In this document: positions 8,894 through 18,124 of the stretch, in pieces
Position numbering within the stretch: the stretch's first letter is position 1
How the letters are laid out: each line of letters starts with the position of its first letter
Origin: Mangrovibacterium sp.
Lineage (GTDB): Bacteria > Bacteroidota > Bacteroidia > Bacteroidales > Prolixibacteraceae
Length of the DNA: 64,000 nucleotides
NCBI GenBank assembly: GCA_047972995.1
Contig: JBKEBD010000002.1
Coordinates: forward strand, 204,330-268,329
Reading direction: 5' to 3'
Program-made: the position numbers and the translations under genes
Notes under the pieces: generated by a model
Told to the model about the DNA's origin: nothing
The model's input: only the letters and a program-made list of their open reading frames with translations
Databases searched by the model: none

Positions 8894-9207
8894 AATCATT
8901 TTTGCATTGTATTCTTTATTTACATCGGAGATATAGCGTAAATTAGGAAACAGTTTGCAAAAAAATATGATGTTTTAGGGGGGGAGGCTAACATGGGTTA
9001 CCATTTGAATTGGGTGCTTTGGCGCAAAAATAGTGAGATGTTTTGCGGAAAACTCAAAGCAAATATGAAGTATTTTTTAGATCCTTGTTTTTATGAGGGG
9101 GTAGTTTAATAAGAATTAAAATTGATTTTTTGTCTGATTCGCTGAGAATTTAAATAATTTAAACTAGAATTAAATATAAATATCTGACAGCTAAATGTAC
9201 TTATTAT

Positions 9208-9215
9208 TACCTTTG
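9208..9215 (+). promoter_or_regulatory. -7 box (TACCTTTG) for the sulfatase gene
   Basis: TAnnTTTG match 66 nt upstream of the ATG at 9281, in a very AT-rich divergent promoter region. Confidence 0.4.
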
Positions 9216-9280
9216 AGCTTTAAGATAAGATTTAGCTCATAATAAAAGTCTCATATAGTATTAATTTAAATAACAAAAAC

Positions 9281-11635
9281 ATGAAAACAAAAATTTTGAG
9301 TTTGTTTGCTTTGCTGATGTTCATGGTAGCATGTCAGCCAAAGGGAATGGAAAACAAGCCAAGCACGAGTGAAAGCTCTTCTGCTGAAAATGTTTTACCA
9401 TTGGCTCCGGCTCCTTTTAAGGGAAAAATAGGGGAAACTTTCAAAGATTCCAAAGAGGATTATCCACAGCCTATTACTGCACCCGGAGGGGCGCCTAATG
9501 TTCTTTTAATTCTTTTAGATGATGTGGGTTTTGGTCAACCAAGTACTTTTGGCGGACCAATTCCGACACCAAATATTGATAAATTGGCAACTGCCGGATT
9601 GGAATATACTCGCTTCCACACCGTAGGTATTTGTAGTCCGACTCGTGCTGCATTGTTAACCGGCCGTAATCATCACCAAGTGGGTTTTGGAACAATCTCA
9701 GAACTCTCTACCGGTTATCCGGGCTATAACAGTGTTTGGGGAAAAGATGTAGGTACGGTAGCCGAAGTATTAAAGCAAAATGGTTATGCTACAGCCGCTT
9801 GGGGGAAATGGCACAACACACCGGATTGGGAAACAAGTCCTATTGGTCCGTTTCAACAATGGCCTACCGGTTTAGGCTTTGATTATTGGTATGGTTTTCA
9901 AGGTGGTGAGTCAAGCCAATATTATCCTCAATTATTCAGAAATACAACTCCAGTGGAAGCACCTGAAACTCCGGGCAAAGGTTATCACTTAACGGAAGAT
10001 ATTGCGAAAGATGCAATAAAATGGATGCGACAAGAGAAATCGATAGCTCCGGATAAACCTTACTTCATGTATTTTGCTACCGGAGCAGCGCATGCTCCGC
10101 ACCAAGCACCTAAAGAATGGATTGCTAAATTCAAAGGTCAATTTGATGATGGTTGGGATGCAATGAGAAAGCATACTATTGAGCGTCAGAAAGAAATGGG
10201 TATTATTCCTCAAAATACGATTCTTACCAAACGTCCAGATGTTATTCCATCATGGGATAGTTGCACTCCTGATGAGAAAAAAGTATATGCACGTCAGATG
10301 GAAGTATTTGCCGGTTTCTTGGCGCATACGGATTATTGGGTAGGTAAGCTGATTGATGCAGCTCGTGACTTGCCTGGAGGCGATAATACAATGGTTATTT
10401 ATATTGTGGGTGATAATGGCCCAAGTGCCGAAGGAACAATGGCCGGAACAATCAATAATATGATGACACAAAATGGTTTTCCTGATAGCGTAGAAAAGCA
10501 GCTGAAAGTTCTAGATGAGCTAGGAGAGCCTGAGCACGAGAATAACTATGCTGTGCCATGGTCATGGGCAGGAACCTCACCTTTCCAATGGATGAAACGC
10601 GTACCATCTCACCTTGGGGGAACTCGCAATGGAATGGTTATCTCATGGCCAAGGGGAATTAAGGCTCACGGTGAGAAAAGAACACAATTTCACCATGTAA
10701 TTGATATTGTACCAACCATCTACCAAGCTGCCGGCATAACCTTCCCTACTGAGATAAATGGTGTTAAACAACAACCATTGGCCGGTATTCCAATGAATTA
10801 TACCTTTGATGATGCGAATGCCAAAGATCGTCGCACAAGACAATATTTTGAATCAGGAGGTAGTCGTGCCATTTATGATAATGGATGGGTTGCAGCTTGT
10901 TATCATCGTGTTCCTTGGGATCTTACGGGCACAACAAGCTTTACCGATGACAAATGGGAACTTTACAACATTGATGAAGATTTCTCAGAAGGTAATGATT
11001 TAGCTCAGAAAAATCCGGAGAAATTAGCAGAAATGAAGGAAATATTTGATCAAGAGGCTAAGAAATATAATGTTTATCCACTAGATGATCGTTTTGTTGA
11101 ACGCGCAAAAAATTCTAATCGTCCATCGGTAACTCGCGGTAAGACAGAATTCACTTATTATGCTGGGACACACCGAATACCTGAAGGTAGTGCTGCTCCG
11201 GTATATGCAAGAACTCATACCATTGATGCTACACTTGATTATAAAAAAGGAGATGAGGGGGTTATTGTTGCTAACGGTGGATTATCGGCCGGATACTCTT
11301 TGTATGTAAAAGGAGGCAAGTTGATTTATTATTATAACTTTTTTAATATCAATCACTACAAAGTGGTTTCAAGTACTCTTCCTGAGGGTAAGCTGAAAAT
11401 CCAAATGGCTTATACGCAAGAATCGAAAGAGTATGGAGGTGGCGGTTCTGCTAAACTCTATGTAAATGGTAAGGAAGTAGGCTCTGGAGATGTAAGTCAA
11501 GTGGTTCCTGCCAGATATTCGCCAACAGAAACTTTAGATATTGGTATGGATTTAGGATCTACGGTATCAGATGAATACGTGGCACCGTTTGCCTATCCAA
11601 ACAATATTGATATTGTTCACTTCTCATTGAAATAG
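9281..11635 (+). CDS. Arylsulfatase (Cys-type formylglycine sulfatase), lipoprotein
   Basis: 784 aa with lipobox LMFMVAC, metal site LLILLDDVGFG, formylglycine motif CSPTRAALLTGRNHH, and GKWH, GDNGP. Confidence 0.93.
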   Translation: MKTKILSLFALLMFMVACQPKGMENKPSTSESSSAENVLPLAPAPFKGKIGETFKDSKEDYPQPITAPGGAPNVLLILLDDVGFGQPSTFGGPIPTPNIDKLATAGLEYTRFHTVGICSPTRAALLTGRNHHQVGFGTISELSTGYPGYNSVWGKDVGTVAEVLKQNGYATAAWGKWHNTPDWETSPIGPFQQWPTGLGFDYWYGFQGGESSQYYPQLFRNTTPVEAPETPGKGYHLTEDIAKDAIKWMRQEKSIAPDKPYFMYFATGAAHAPHQAPKEWIAKFKGQFDDGWDAMRKHTIERQKEMGIIPQNTILTKRPDVIPSWDSCTPDEKKVYARQMEVFAGFLAHTDYWVGKLIDAARDLPGGDNTMVIYIVGDNGPSAEGTMAGTINNMMTQNGFPDSVEKQLKVLDELGEPEHENNYAVPWSWAGTSPFQWMKRVPSHLGGTRNGMVISWPRGIKAHGEKRTQFHHVIDIVPTIYQAAGITFPTEINGVKQQPLAGIPMNYTFDDANAKDRRTRQYFESGGSRAIYDNGWVAACYHRVPWDLTGTTSFTDDKWELYNIDEDFSEGNDLAQKNPEKLAEMKEIFDQEAKKYNVYPLDDRFVERAKNSNRPSVTRGKTEFTYYAGTHRIPEGSAAPVYARTHTIDATLDYKKGDEGVIVANGGLSAGYSLYVKGGKLIYYYNFFNINHYKVVSSTLPEGKLKIQMAYTQESKEYGGGGSAKLYVNGKEVGSGDVSQVVPARYSPTETLDIGMDLGSTVSDEYVAPFAYPNNIDIVHFSLK

Positions 11636-11689
11636 CATTGTGCAAAACTTACAGTATGTTTACATAAGTGCTGTGTAGAAATTAACCAA

Positions 11690-11729
11690 AATGGCAATCA
11701 TAGTTTGAGCTTTGATTGCCATTTTTTCT
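11690..11729 (+). terminator. Rho-independent terminator of the sulfatase gene
   Basis: 10-bp stem AATGGCAATC / GATTGCCATT followed by TTTTTTC. Confidence 0.85.
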
Positions 11730-12115
11730 TTCAAGTTACTGTGAGTGAATCATGTAATTTCGGTATTACCTTGAATTTATTTTTACCCGCTGGCGAAATT
11801 AAATTAGAATATATTTAACTTGTTCAATAGGCTTTTTATTTCAAAATTTCTACTGAAATCTGAATAATCGGAGCGTTGTTTAAGATATTGCCCTAATTTC
11901 CAATGCTGCACTTTACAAAGTATAAGTGTGTGGGTGTGGGTAAGTAGAAAGGACAAGCTATTGCTCACCTCATGGCGAGGGTTCGCTTCGGGATGGCGTC
12001 AGGTTATATGCCGCTATACATCTGCCTCACTTTTTTTAATCCAGCTTGCACTTTTCGCAAAGCGCTATTCCACAGAGAATTACAATTTCGTTAGTGGAAA
12101 AAATGCAAGTAGCCT

Positions 12116-12274
12116 GTAACGCCCGCTACTTTCTACAACAAAAATACAAGTCAGACCATCCGACGAAGTCTTTATTTCAACAAAAATACAAGCAAGATTA
12201 AGCGATCAAGTCCATTTTTGTGCAAAAAAGCGCAAAGTCTATGTCGCCAAGTCTTTTTTCAAACAAAAATGAAC
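12116..12274. repeat. Degenerate 41-42-bp tandem repeat array (4 units), copy A of a dispersed family
   Basis: The exact 15-mer CAACAAAAATACAAG occurs at 12136 and 12178, with degenerate units at about 12220 and 12260 (CAAACAAAAATGAAC). Block 12116-12145 matches 36271-36300 at 26 of 30 positions. The exact 22-mer CTTTTTTCAAACAAAAATGAAC is shared between 12253-12274 and 36325-36346. Confidence 0.7.
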
Positions 12275-12359
12275 CAACATACAAAAAATGGATTCGTATA
12301 TTTTGAGTTGAAATGCCACTATTTAATTCCGCTAACGGGTTATATTTATATATTAATAC

Positions 12360-12367
12360 TACATTTG
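12360..12367 (+). promoter_or_regulatory. -7 box (TACATTTG)
   Basis: TAnnTTTG match 29 nt upstream of the ATG at 12396. Confidence 0.45.
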
Positions 12368-12395
12368 TACTTCAAACCTTTAGCAGATATACAGT

Positions 12396-13052
12396 ATGCG
12401 ATTGAACAGAATTTTACTTTTCGTGGTGGCTACTTCATTGAGCCTATCGGGCTGCGTTTCTAAAAAGAAATACTCAGAAATGGAAAGCTTAAAACTCAAT
12501 GCGGAGAAACAAGTTCGCCAGCTCACTAAAGAAAACGCGGATATGCAGAAGCGAGTGAAAACCATGATTGCCGACTACGAGGAAATTAAGGCTGATATGC
12601 TTGCTACCAATGCACATAAAGACCAACTCATTTCGAATTTACACAAAGAAATGGCAACCGTGTCGAACAGTGCAGCGGAAAAAAATTCAGACATGGAGGA
12701 CAAACTCTATGCCTATGAATATGAAAAGCGCCAGCTACAAGCCAAAATTGACAGCTACGAGAATAATGTAAAAACGCTCACAGAAAGAAATTCATCGCTT
12801 GCCCGACAACTAGGCGATACTCAATCAAGCCTTAGCGCTCGCCAATTCGATGTTAGCCAAAAGGACAATGAAATTGCACGCCTAAATCAGCAAATACAAA
12901 ACAATGGCAACACGGTAAGCAAGTATCAATCGCAAATTGATGGCTTGAACACCGAAATCGCAAAGCTGAAAAAAGAAAGCGCTGAAAAAGATCAAACCAT
13001 CAAACGATTACAAAATAACGTTGACTTGCTGAAAAAAGAATTGAACAAATAA
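12396..13052 (+). CDS. Coiled-coil lipoprotein, unknown function
   Basis: 218 aa with lipobox LSLSGC. The rest is an almost uninterrupted Q/K/E/N-rich heptad coiled coil with no enzymatic motif. Confidence 0.7.
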   Translation: MRLNRILLFVVATSLSLSGCVSKKKYSEMESLKLNAEKQVRQLTKENADMQKRVKTMIADYEEIKADMLATNAHKDQLISNLHKEMATVSNSAAEKNSDMEDKLYAYEYEKRQLQAKIDSYENNVKTLTERNSSLARQLGDTQSSLSARQFDVSQKDNEIARLNQQIQNNGNTVSKYQSQIDGLNTEIAKLKKESAEKDQTIKRLQNNVDLLKKELNK

Positions 13053-13164
13053 GGTGTTGAGCAGTGAAATATTCAGAATATGAGTGTTTAGTATCCCCTA
13101 GGGAACTTTACACACTGTAGGTTTGCGCGCTGCAACTTCGCACTTTGCACTCAAAAACATATAA

Positions 13165-15201
13165 ATGACTAAAGAATTTAAACGAACGCTGATTACCTCG
13201 GCTCTCCCTTATGCTAATGGTCCGGTACACATCGGTCACCTTGCTGGTGTTTATGTGCCTGCCGATATTTACGCACGCTACCTTCGTCTTAAAGGCGAAG
13301 AAGTGGCATTCATTGGTGGCTCCGATGAGCACGGTGTGCCTATTACACTGAAAGCAAAGAATGAGGGAATCACGCCCCAAGATGTGGTAGATAAATACCA
13401 CGGTATCATTAAAGATGCTTTCGAGCGTTTCGGCATCTCGTTCGATGTGTATTCGCGCACGAGTGCCGACATTCACAAAGAAACAGCCTCAGAATTCTTC
13501 AAAACCCTTTACGATAAAGGCGCTTTTGTAGAAAAAACTTCAGAGCAATACTACGACGAAGAAAACAAACAATTCTTGGCGGATAGATATATCATGGGTA
13601 CTTGCCCAAAATGTCAATTCGAAAAAGCCTATGGCGACCAATGCGAAAGCTGCGGAACATCGTTAAGTCCTACTGAATTAATTGCACCCAAGTCGATGAT
13701 TTCGGGCAATACCCCCATTTTAAAAGAAACCAAACACTGGTATCTGCCCCTCGACCAATATGAACCTTGGTTGAAAGAGTGGGTTTTGGAAGGACACAAA
13801 GAATGGAAGTCAAACGTGTATGGTCAGTGTAAAAGCTGGATCGACAGCGGACTAATGCCTCGCGCCGTAACCCGCGACCTCGATTGGGGTGTGCCTGTGC
13901 CAGTAGAAGGTGCTGAAGGCAAAGTGCTCTATGTGTGGTTCGATGCACCCATCGGATACATTTCAGCAACAAAAGAACTCACAGCCGATTGGGCAAAATA
14001 TTGGAAAGATGAAGAAACCAAAATGGTGCACTTCATCGGGAAAGACAACATCGTGTTCCACTGCATTATTTTCCCTGCCATGTTGAAAGCCGAAGGCTCA
14101 TACATACTACCCGAAAATGTGCCATCTAATGAGTTCCTCAATTTGGAAGGCGACAAAATTTCAACCTCTCGCAACTGGGCGGTGTGGTTGCACGAATACC
14201 TAGAAGATTTCCCCGGTAAAGAAGACGTACTAAAATACGTGCTTACCGCCAATGCACCCGAAACAAAAGACAACGACTTCACTTGGAAAGACTATCAAGC
14301 ACGCAACAACAACGAGTTAGTAGCCGTGCTAGGTAACTTTGTGAATCGTGCGTTAGTGCTCACCCAAAAATACTACAACGGCGTAGTGCCTGCCTTAGGC
14401 GAATGCAACGAGGTGGACAAAGCCACTTTAGCTGAAATTGCCAAACTAAAAGCCGAAGTAGATAAGAGCATCAGCCAATACCGATTCCGCGAAGCTTTGA
14501 AATATGCCATGGATTTGGCTCGCTTAGGTAATAAATATCTAGCCGATGAAGAACCTTGGAAAGTGGTGAAAACCGATGCTACACGCGTAGAAACGGTAAT
14601 GAACATCTGCCTGCAAATTACGGCCAACCTTACTATCATGCTCGAACCGTTCTTACCTTTCAGCATGACCAAACTGCGTGGTTTCTTAAACATGGAGAAA
14701 CTCGATTGGAACGAACTAGGTAGAACCAACTTGCTTGCAGCAGGACATCAAACCAACAAACCAGAACTTTTGTTTGAAAAAATAGAAGATGAAACCATCG
14801 AGAAGCAAGTGCAAAAATTGCTAGACACGAAAAAAGCCAACGAAATGGCAGTTGCCGTAGCAGCACCAGTAAAAGAAGAATGCACCTTCGATGACTTCAT
14901 GAAAATGGACATCCGCACAGCAACAATCTTAGAGGCTAAGCCTGTAAAGAAAACCAAAAAGCTAATGGAGATTCTGCTTGACACAGGCATTGACAAACGC
15001 ACCGTGGTTTCAGGTATTGCCGAGCATTATAAAGCCGAGGAAATTATCGGCAAACAAGTGTCGGTGCTCGTAAATCTTGCCCCTCGCGAAATGAAAGGTA
15101 TTGTGTCGCAAGGCATGATTCTAATGGCAGAAGACGCCGATGGCACACTACGCTTCGTATCGCCAGAACAAGCCGTGAAAAACGGTTCGGAAATTCGATA
15201 A
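13165..15201 (+). CDS. metG: Methionine--tRNA ligase
   Basis: 678 aa with the HIGH motif (PVHIGHLAG), a Cys-rich knuckle (CPKC...CESCG), a KMSKS variant (KISTSRN) and a C-terminal EMAP/tRNA-binding domain. Confidence 0.97.
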   Translation: MTKEFKRTLITSALPYANGPVHIGHLAGVYVPADIYARYLRLKGEEVAFIGGSDEHGVPITLKAKNEGITPQDVVDKYHGIIKDAFERFGISFDVYSRTSADIHKETASEFFKTLYDKGAFVEKTSEQYYDEENKQFLADRYIMGTCPKCQFEKAYGDQCESCGTSLSPTELIAPKSMISGNTPILKETKHWYLPLDQYEPWLKEWVLEGHKEWKSNVYGQCKSWIDSGLMPRAVTRDLDWGVPVPVEGAEGKVLYVWFDAPIGYISATKELTADWAKYWKDEETKMVHFIGKDNIVFHCIIFPAMLKAEGSYILPENVPSNEFLNLEGDKISTSRNWAVWLHEYLEDFPGKEDVLKYVLTANAPETKDNDFTWKDYQARNNNELVAVLGNFVNRALVLTQKYYNGVVPALGECNEVDKATLAEIAKLKAEVDKSISQYRFREALKYAMDLARLGNKYLADEEPWKVVKTDATRVETVMNICLQITANLTIMLEPFLPFSMTKLRGFLNMEKLDWNELGRTNLLAAGHQTNKPELLFEKIEDETIEKQVQKLLDTKKANEMAVAVAAPVKEECTFDDFMKMDIRTATILEAKPVKKTKKLMEILLDTGIDKRTVVSGIAEHYKAEEIIGKQVSVLVNLAPREMKGIVSQGMILMAEDADGTLRFVSPEQAVKNGSEIR

Positions 15202-15207
15202 AAACAC

Positions 15208-15236
15208 ACCAGTTCCCCCACAAAGGGGCTGGTTTC
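15208..15236 (+). terminator. Hairpin immediately after metG (weak U-tract)
   Basis: ACCAG-TT-CCCC / GGGG-CTGGT (5+4 bp with a 2-nt bulge) followed by TTCTGC. Confidence 0.45.
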
Positions 15237-15304
15237 TGCAAACCAATGTGCCGAAACTAGCAATAGAAGACGGATCGGCGGTTTGCGCTATTATATTTCC
15301 CTGT

Positions 15305-15335
15305 CCTCACAGTCTAAGGATTGTGGGGATTTTTT
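15305..15335 (+). terminator. Rho-independent terminator-like hairpin with T-run
   Basis: CCTCACAG / TTGTGGGG (8 bp including 2 G-U pairs), 8-nt loop, followed by ATTTTTTG. It lies 104 nt downstream of metG. Confidence 0.5.
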
Positions 15336-15553
15336 GTGCCCCTCCATTTTCATAATTCGTAATTGTTTTGCCTGAAAGGCAATCCCGTAATAGCCTAGGT
15401 ATTCATGCCTAGGATTATGGTTCCGCATGGCATAAGAGCTGAAAGTCCGACCCGTATAATGAATTATTACGGTTAGCAATGTTCATAGTGATATTGTTTG
15501 AATATAAAATATTTGGTAACTATACAATAATAGATATCCCAGTCAACATCTTG

Positions 15554-15588
15554 AAAAAAAACGGATGCTTCTTCATGAAGCACCCGTT
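15554..15588 (-). terminator. Rho-independent terminator of purF
   Basis: The minus strand reads ACGGGTGCTTC-ATGAA-GAAGCATCCGT followed by T8, 44 nt after the purF stop. Confidence 0.85.
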
Positions 15589-15631
15589 TAGGATTAGACG
15601 AGCAAGTTAACCTTGCACCGCTGTTTATTTC

Positions 15632-17530
15632 TTAATAAGCTCTACCGCTGTTTCCTTCGTAGAAGTTAATGTATGATTTGTTCACCACTTTGTTTCCTCC
15701 GGGAGTAGGATAGTTTCCAGTGAAATACCAATCGCCCGTGTCGTTCGGACAAGCAATGTGTAGATTCTCGATGGTTTGATACACAATATCAACCTGTGCT
15801 TTACATCCTTCGGGTTTTAATTGTTCGGCAATCTTATCCGATATTTGTTCGGCTGAGAATGGGCGATAAATATCCTTCACATAGTTCACCACATCTTCTT
15901 TCGGTAGGTTTTCTTGTGCCTTACATCTTTGGTAAACCTCATCGATGATATGCGCTTGATTGCTTTCCTTGAGCAAGGTAATAGCTGCATCAAATGCTGC
16001 AAATCGGTTCAACTCTGCCATGTCGATGCCGTAGCAGTCGGGATAGCGAATTTGCGGAGCCGAAGAAACCACAATTATACGCTTAGGGTCTAAACGATCG
16101 AGTATGCGCAGAATGCTATTCTTCAAGGTTGTACCTCGCACAATCGAATCGTCGATGATAACCAAGGTATCTTTATCTTTTTGAATCACGCCATAAGTCA
16201 CATCATAAACGTGTGCCACAAGATCATCTCTACTCGCATCATCAGCAATAAAGGTTCGGAGTTTCGCATCTTTAATTGCCAATTTTTCTATGCGAGGCTG
16301 AATCGAAATAATCTCTTCAATATCGGCATCGGTAAGATGACCATTCTTTGCTCTCAATTGATTTTTCTTCCACGATACCAGCTGATCGCCAACGCCTGCT
16401 ACCATGCCATAGAAAGCAGTTTCCGAGGTGTTTGGAATGAAAGAGAATACCGTATTTTTAATGTCGCAATTAATTTTATCCATGATAGTTGGAGCTAGCA
16501 GTTTACCTAAGTTTTTACGCTCTTGGTAAATATCTTTATCGCCACCTCGCGAGAAATAAATGCGCTCAAACGAACATGATCGGCGCTCTTGTGGCACACG
16601 TACCATGTTAAATGACACACTACCATCTTTACGAACGATTAGTGCTTCTCCCGGCTTAATTTGGTGAACATCTTCGGCTTCCACATCCATCACTGTTTGA
16701 ATAACAGCACGCTCAGAAGCCACCACCACCACTTCATCATCGATGTAGTAGTTTGCAGGACGAATTCCCCATGGGTCACGAGTCACGAATGCATCGCCAT
16801 GTCCTAAGACACCTGCCATAGCATAACCACCATCCCAATCTTTACTTGCACGCTCTAGAATATTTTTAATATCGAGATTTGCCTGAATTAAAGGTGAAAT
16901 CTCTTGATTGGTATAGCCTTCATTTTTAAAATGACGGAATCGGTGTTCGTTTTCCTCATCGAGGAAATGCCCCACTTTTTCCAAAGCAGTAACCGTGTCG
17001 GTGTAATTGGTGGGGTCTTGCCCAAGTTCTATTAATTTAGCAAACAGCTCGTCAACATTCGTAAGGTTGAAGTTGCCAGCCAATGCCAACGTGCGCGACT
17101 TCCAGTTATTCTGACGAACAATAGGGTGACAATACTCAATGCTATTGTTTCCAAAAGTACCATAGCGCAAGTGCCCTAAATACAATTCTCCAGCAAAAGG
17201 CAAGTTTTCATATGCCCATTCTAGGTTGTTAACATCCTTGCGGTCTTTAATAGCTCGCTTAATAGGTCGAGTAATTTTTGAAAACACATCTTGAATTGGG
17301 CTCGATTGTACCGAACGATAGCGGTGCATATATTCTTGCCCGGGCTTCATGTTTAGCTTCACACTCACCGCTCCGGCACCATCTTGCCCACGGTTATGTT
17401 GTTTTTCCATGAGCAGATACAGCTTGTTCATGCCATATTGCCACGTTCCATATTTTTTTTGATAATAGCTTAACGGCTTGCGCAATCGAATCATTGCGAT
17501 ACCACACTCATGCTTAATTAATTCACTCAT
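15632..17530 (-). CDS. purF: Amidophosphoribosyltransferase (long Bacteroidetes form, class-II glutamine amidotransferase)
   Basis: 632 aa with an N-terminal nucleophile context (MSELIKHECGIA), Ntn-GATase region NRGQDGAG and PRTase motif VIIDDSIVRGTT. Confidence 0.9.
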   Translation of the reverse strand: MSELIKHECGIAMIRLRKPLSYYQKKYGTWQYGMNKLYLLMEKQHNRGQDGAGAVSVKLNMKPGQEYMHRYRSVQSSPIQDVFSKITRPIKRAIKDRKDVNNLEWAYENLPFAGELYLGHLRYGTFGNNSIEYCHPIVRQNNWKSRTLALAGNFNLTNVDELFAKLIELGQDPTNYTDTVTALEKVGHFLDEENEHRFRHFKNEGYTNQEISPLIQANLDIKNILERASKDWDGGYAMAGVLGHGDAFVTRDPWGIRPANYYIDDEVVVVASERAVIQTVMDVEAEDVHQIKPGEALIVRKDGSVSFNMVRVPQERRSCSFERIYFSRGGDKDIYQERKNLGKLLAPTIMDKINCDIKNTVFSFIPNTSETAFYGMVAGVGDQLVSWKKNQLRAKNGHLTDADIEEIISIQPRIEKLAIKDAKLRTFIADDASRDDLVAHVYDVTYGVIQKDKDTLVIIDDSIVRGTTLKNSILRILDRLDPKRIIVVSSAPQIRYPDCYGIDMAELNRFAAFDAAITLLKESNQAHIIDEVYQRCKAQENLPKEDVVNYVKDIYRPFSAEQISDKIAEQLKPEGCKAQVDIVYQTIENLHIACPNDTGDWYFTGNYPTPGGNKVVNKSYINFYEGNSGRAY

Positions 17531-18003
17531 TATTCAGGAATGTCTTCAGTAATTAATTGGGGATATTGAATCTTATCGTACACTACAAAAGCATTCGGAT
17601 AAGTATTTTTAATTTTATTTTTAATAAAAAGGGCCTCACTTTTGGTTCTACAGTCTCCTACCATGAGCCTAAAACTCGGACTTTTATATTCCATGTAGAT
17701 TGGGAAATCTGAATAGTCGACCATGAATTGATTGCGCATTTTCAAGGCTTCATCGCGAGCCGATGTTCCTGTGAGCGATAAAATCTGCACTCGGTAGCCA
17801 AATACCGATGCCGATTCTTTGGTTTTGCAATCTTGGATATAGGTGTCAAGCATTTGAGCCACAATGGGCTCTTGCATCACTTGTGTGCGCTGAATAATAG
17901 AAATCGTGTCTGCATCGGTGCTGCTTTCTTGCGCTGAAACACGAGGTGTAAGAATTGTAAACACTGCTACCAGTGTAAAAACATATAGAATGAACCGTTT
18001 CAT
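17530..18003 (-). CDS. SPOR domain-containing protein (peptidoglycan binding)
   Basis: Signal peptide plus a C-terminal SPOR repeat pattern (GYRVQILSLTG...FRLMVGDCRTKSEALFIKNKI). Its stop overlaps the purF start by 1 nt. Confidence 0.8.
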   Translation of the reverse strand: MKRFILYVFTLVAVFTILTPRVSAQESSTDADTISIIQRTQVMQEPIVAQMLDTYIQDCKTKESASVFGYRVQILSLTGTSARDEALKMRNQFMVDYSDFPIYMEYKSPSFRLMVGDCRTKSEALFIKNKIKNTYPNAFVVYDKIQYPQLITEDIPE

Positions 18004-18077
18004 TAGGGCAAATATAGTGTGAATTAATGAGCTCGGAAATTTTTAAGCCGGAAGAGTTACGGTAATTTAATAAAAGA

Positions 18078-18118
18078 AGCTCCCTCTAACTCCCGCTAAA
18101 GAGAAATCGGAGGGAGCT
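18078..18118 (-). terminator. glmM terminator hairpin, also copy 1 of a REP-like palindrome family (core GGGAGTTAGAGGG)
   Basis: A 9-10-bp stem AGCTCCCTC / GGAGGGAGCT, 7 nt after the glmM stop. The minus strand continues TCTTTTATT. The sequence is homologous to 49342-49373. Confidence 0.65.
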
Positions 18119-18124
18119 AATATC

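Noticed and set aside
12146-12158. 13-mer ACAAGTCAGACCA shared with 24757-24769, considered as a third copy of the repeat family.
   Set aside because: By my own estimate, tens of exact 13-mer coincidences are expected by chance among all position pairs of a 64-kb window on two strands. The flanking sequence does not align.
11928-12463. ORFs of 63 and 81 aa (plus) and 61 aa (minus) around the tandem repeat array.
   Set aside because: They read through repeat units and the promoter and start of the lipoprotein gene. Their translations are repeat-driven, with no coding signal.
13108-15263. Series of 64-122-aa minus-strand ORFs across metG.
   Set aside because: All are antisense to an unambiguous methionyl-tRNA synthetase frame, and none has a promoter box or recognisable domain. 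Similar shadow ORFs were dismissed for the same reason over glmM (19056-19529), valS (22522-24615), dsbD (25388-26355), the ABC gene (28110-29631), pfkA (37071-37757), sufB (48000-49107), mdh (54682-55074), dprA (57527-58542) and aroA (60658-61241).
15441-15449. GAAAGTCCG, reminiscent of the RNase P RNA P4 strand or FMN/cobalamin riboswitch cores.
   Set aside because: No complementary P4 3' strand (ACAGAA...GGCTTA-like) or other conserved RNase P or riboswitch blocks lie within reach. The spacer is too short for RNase P RNA once both terminators are subtracted, and no downstream gene is available for a riboswitch.
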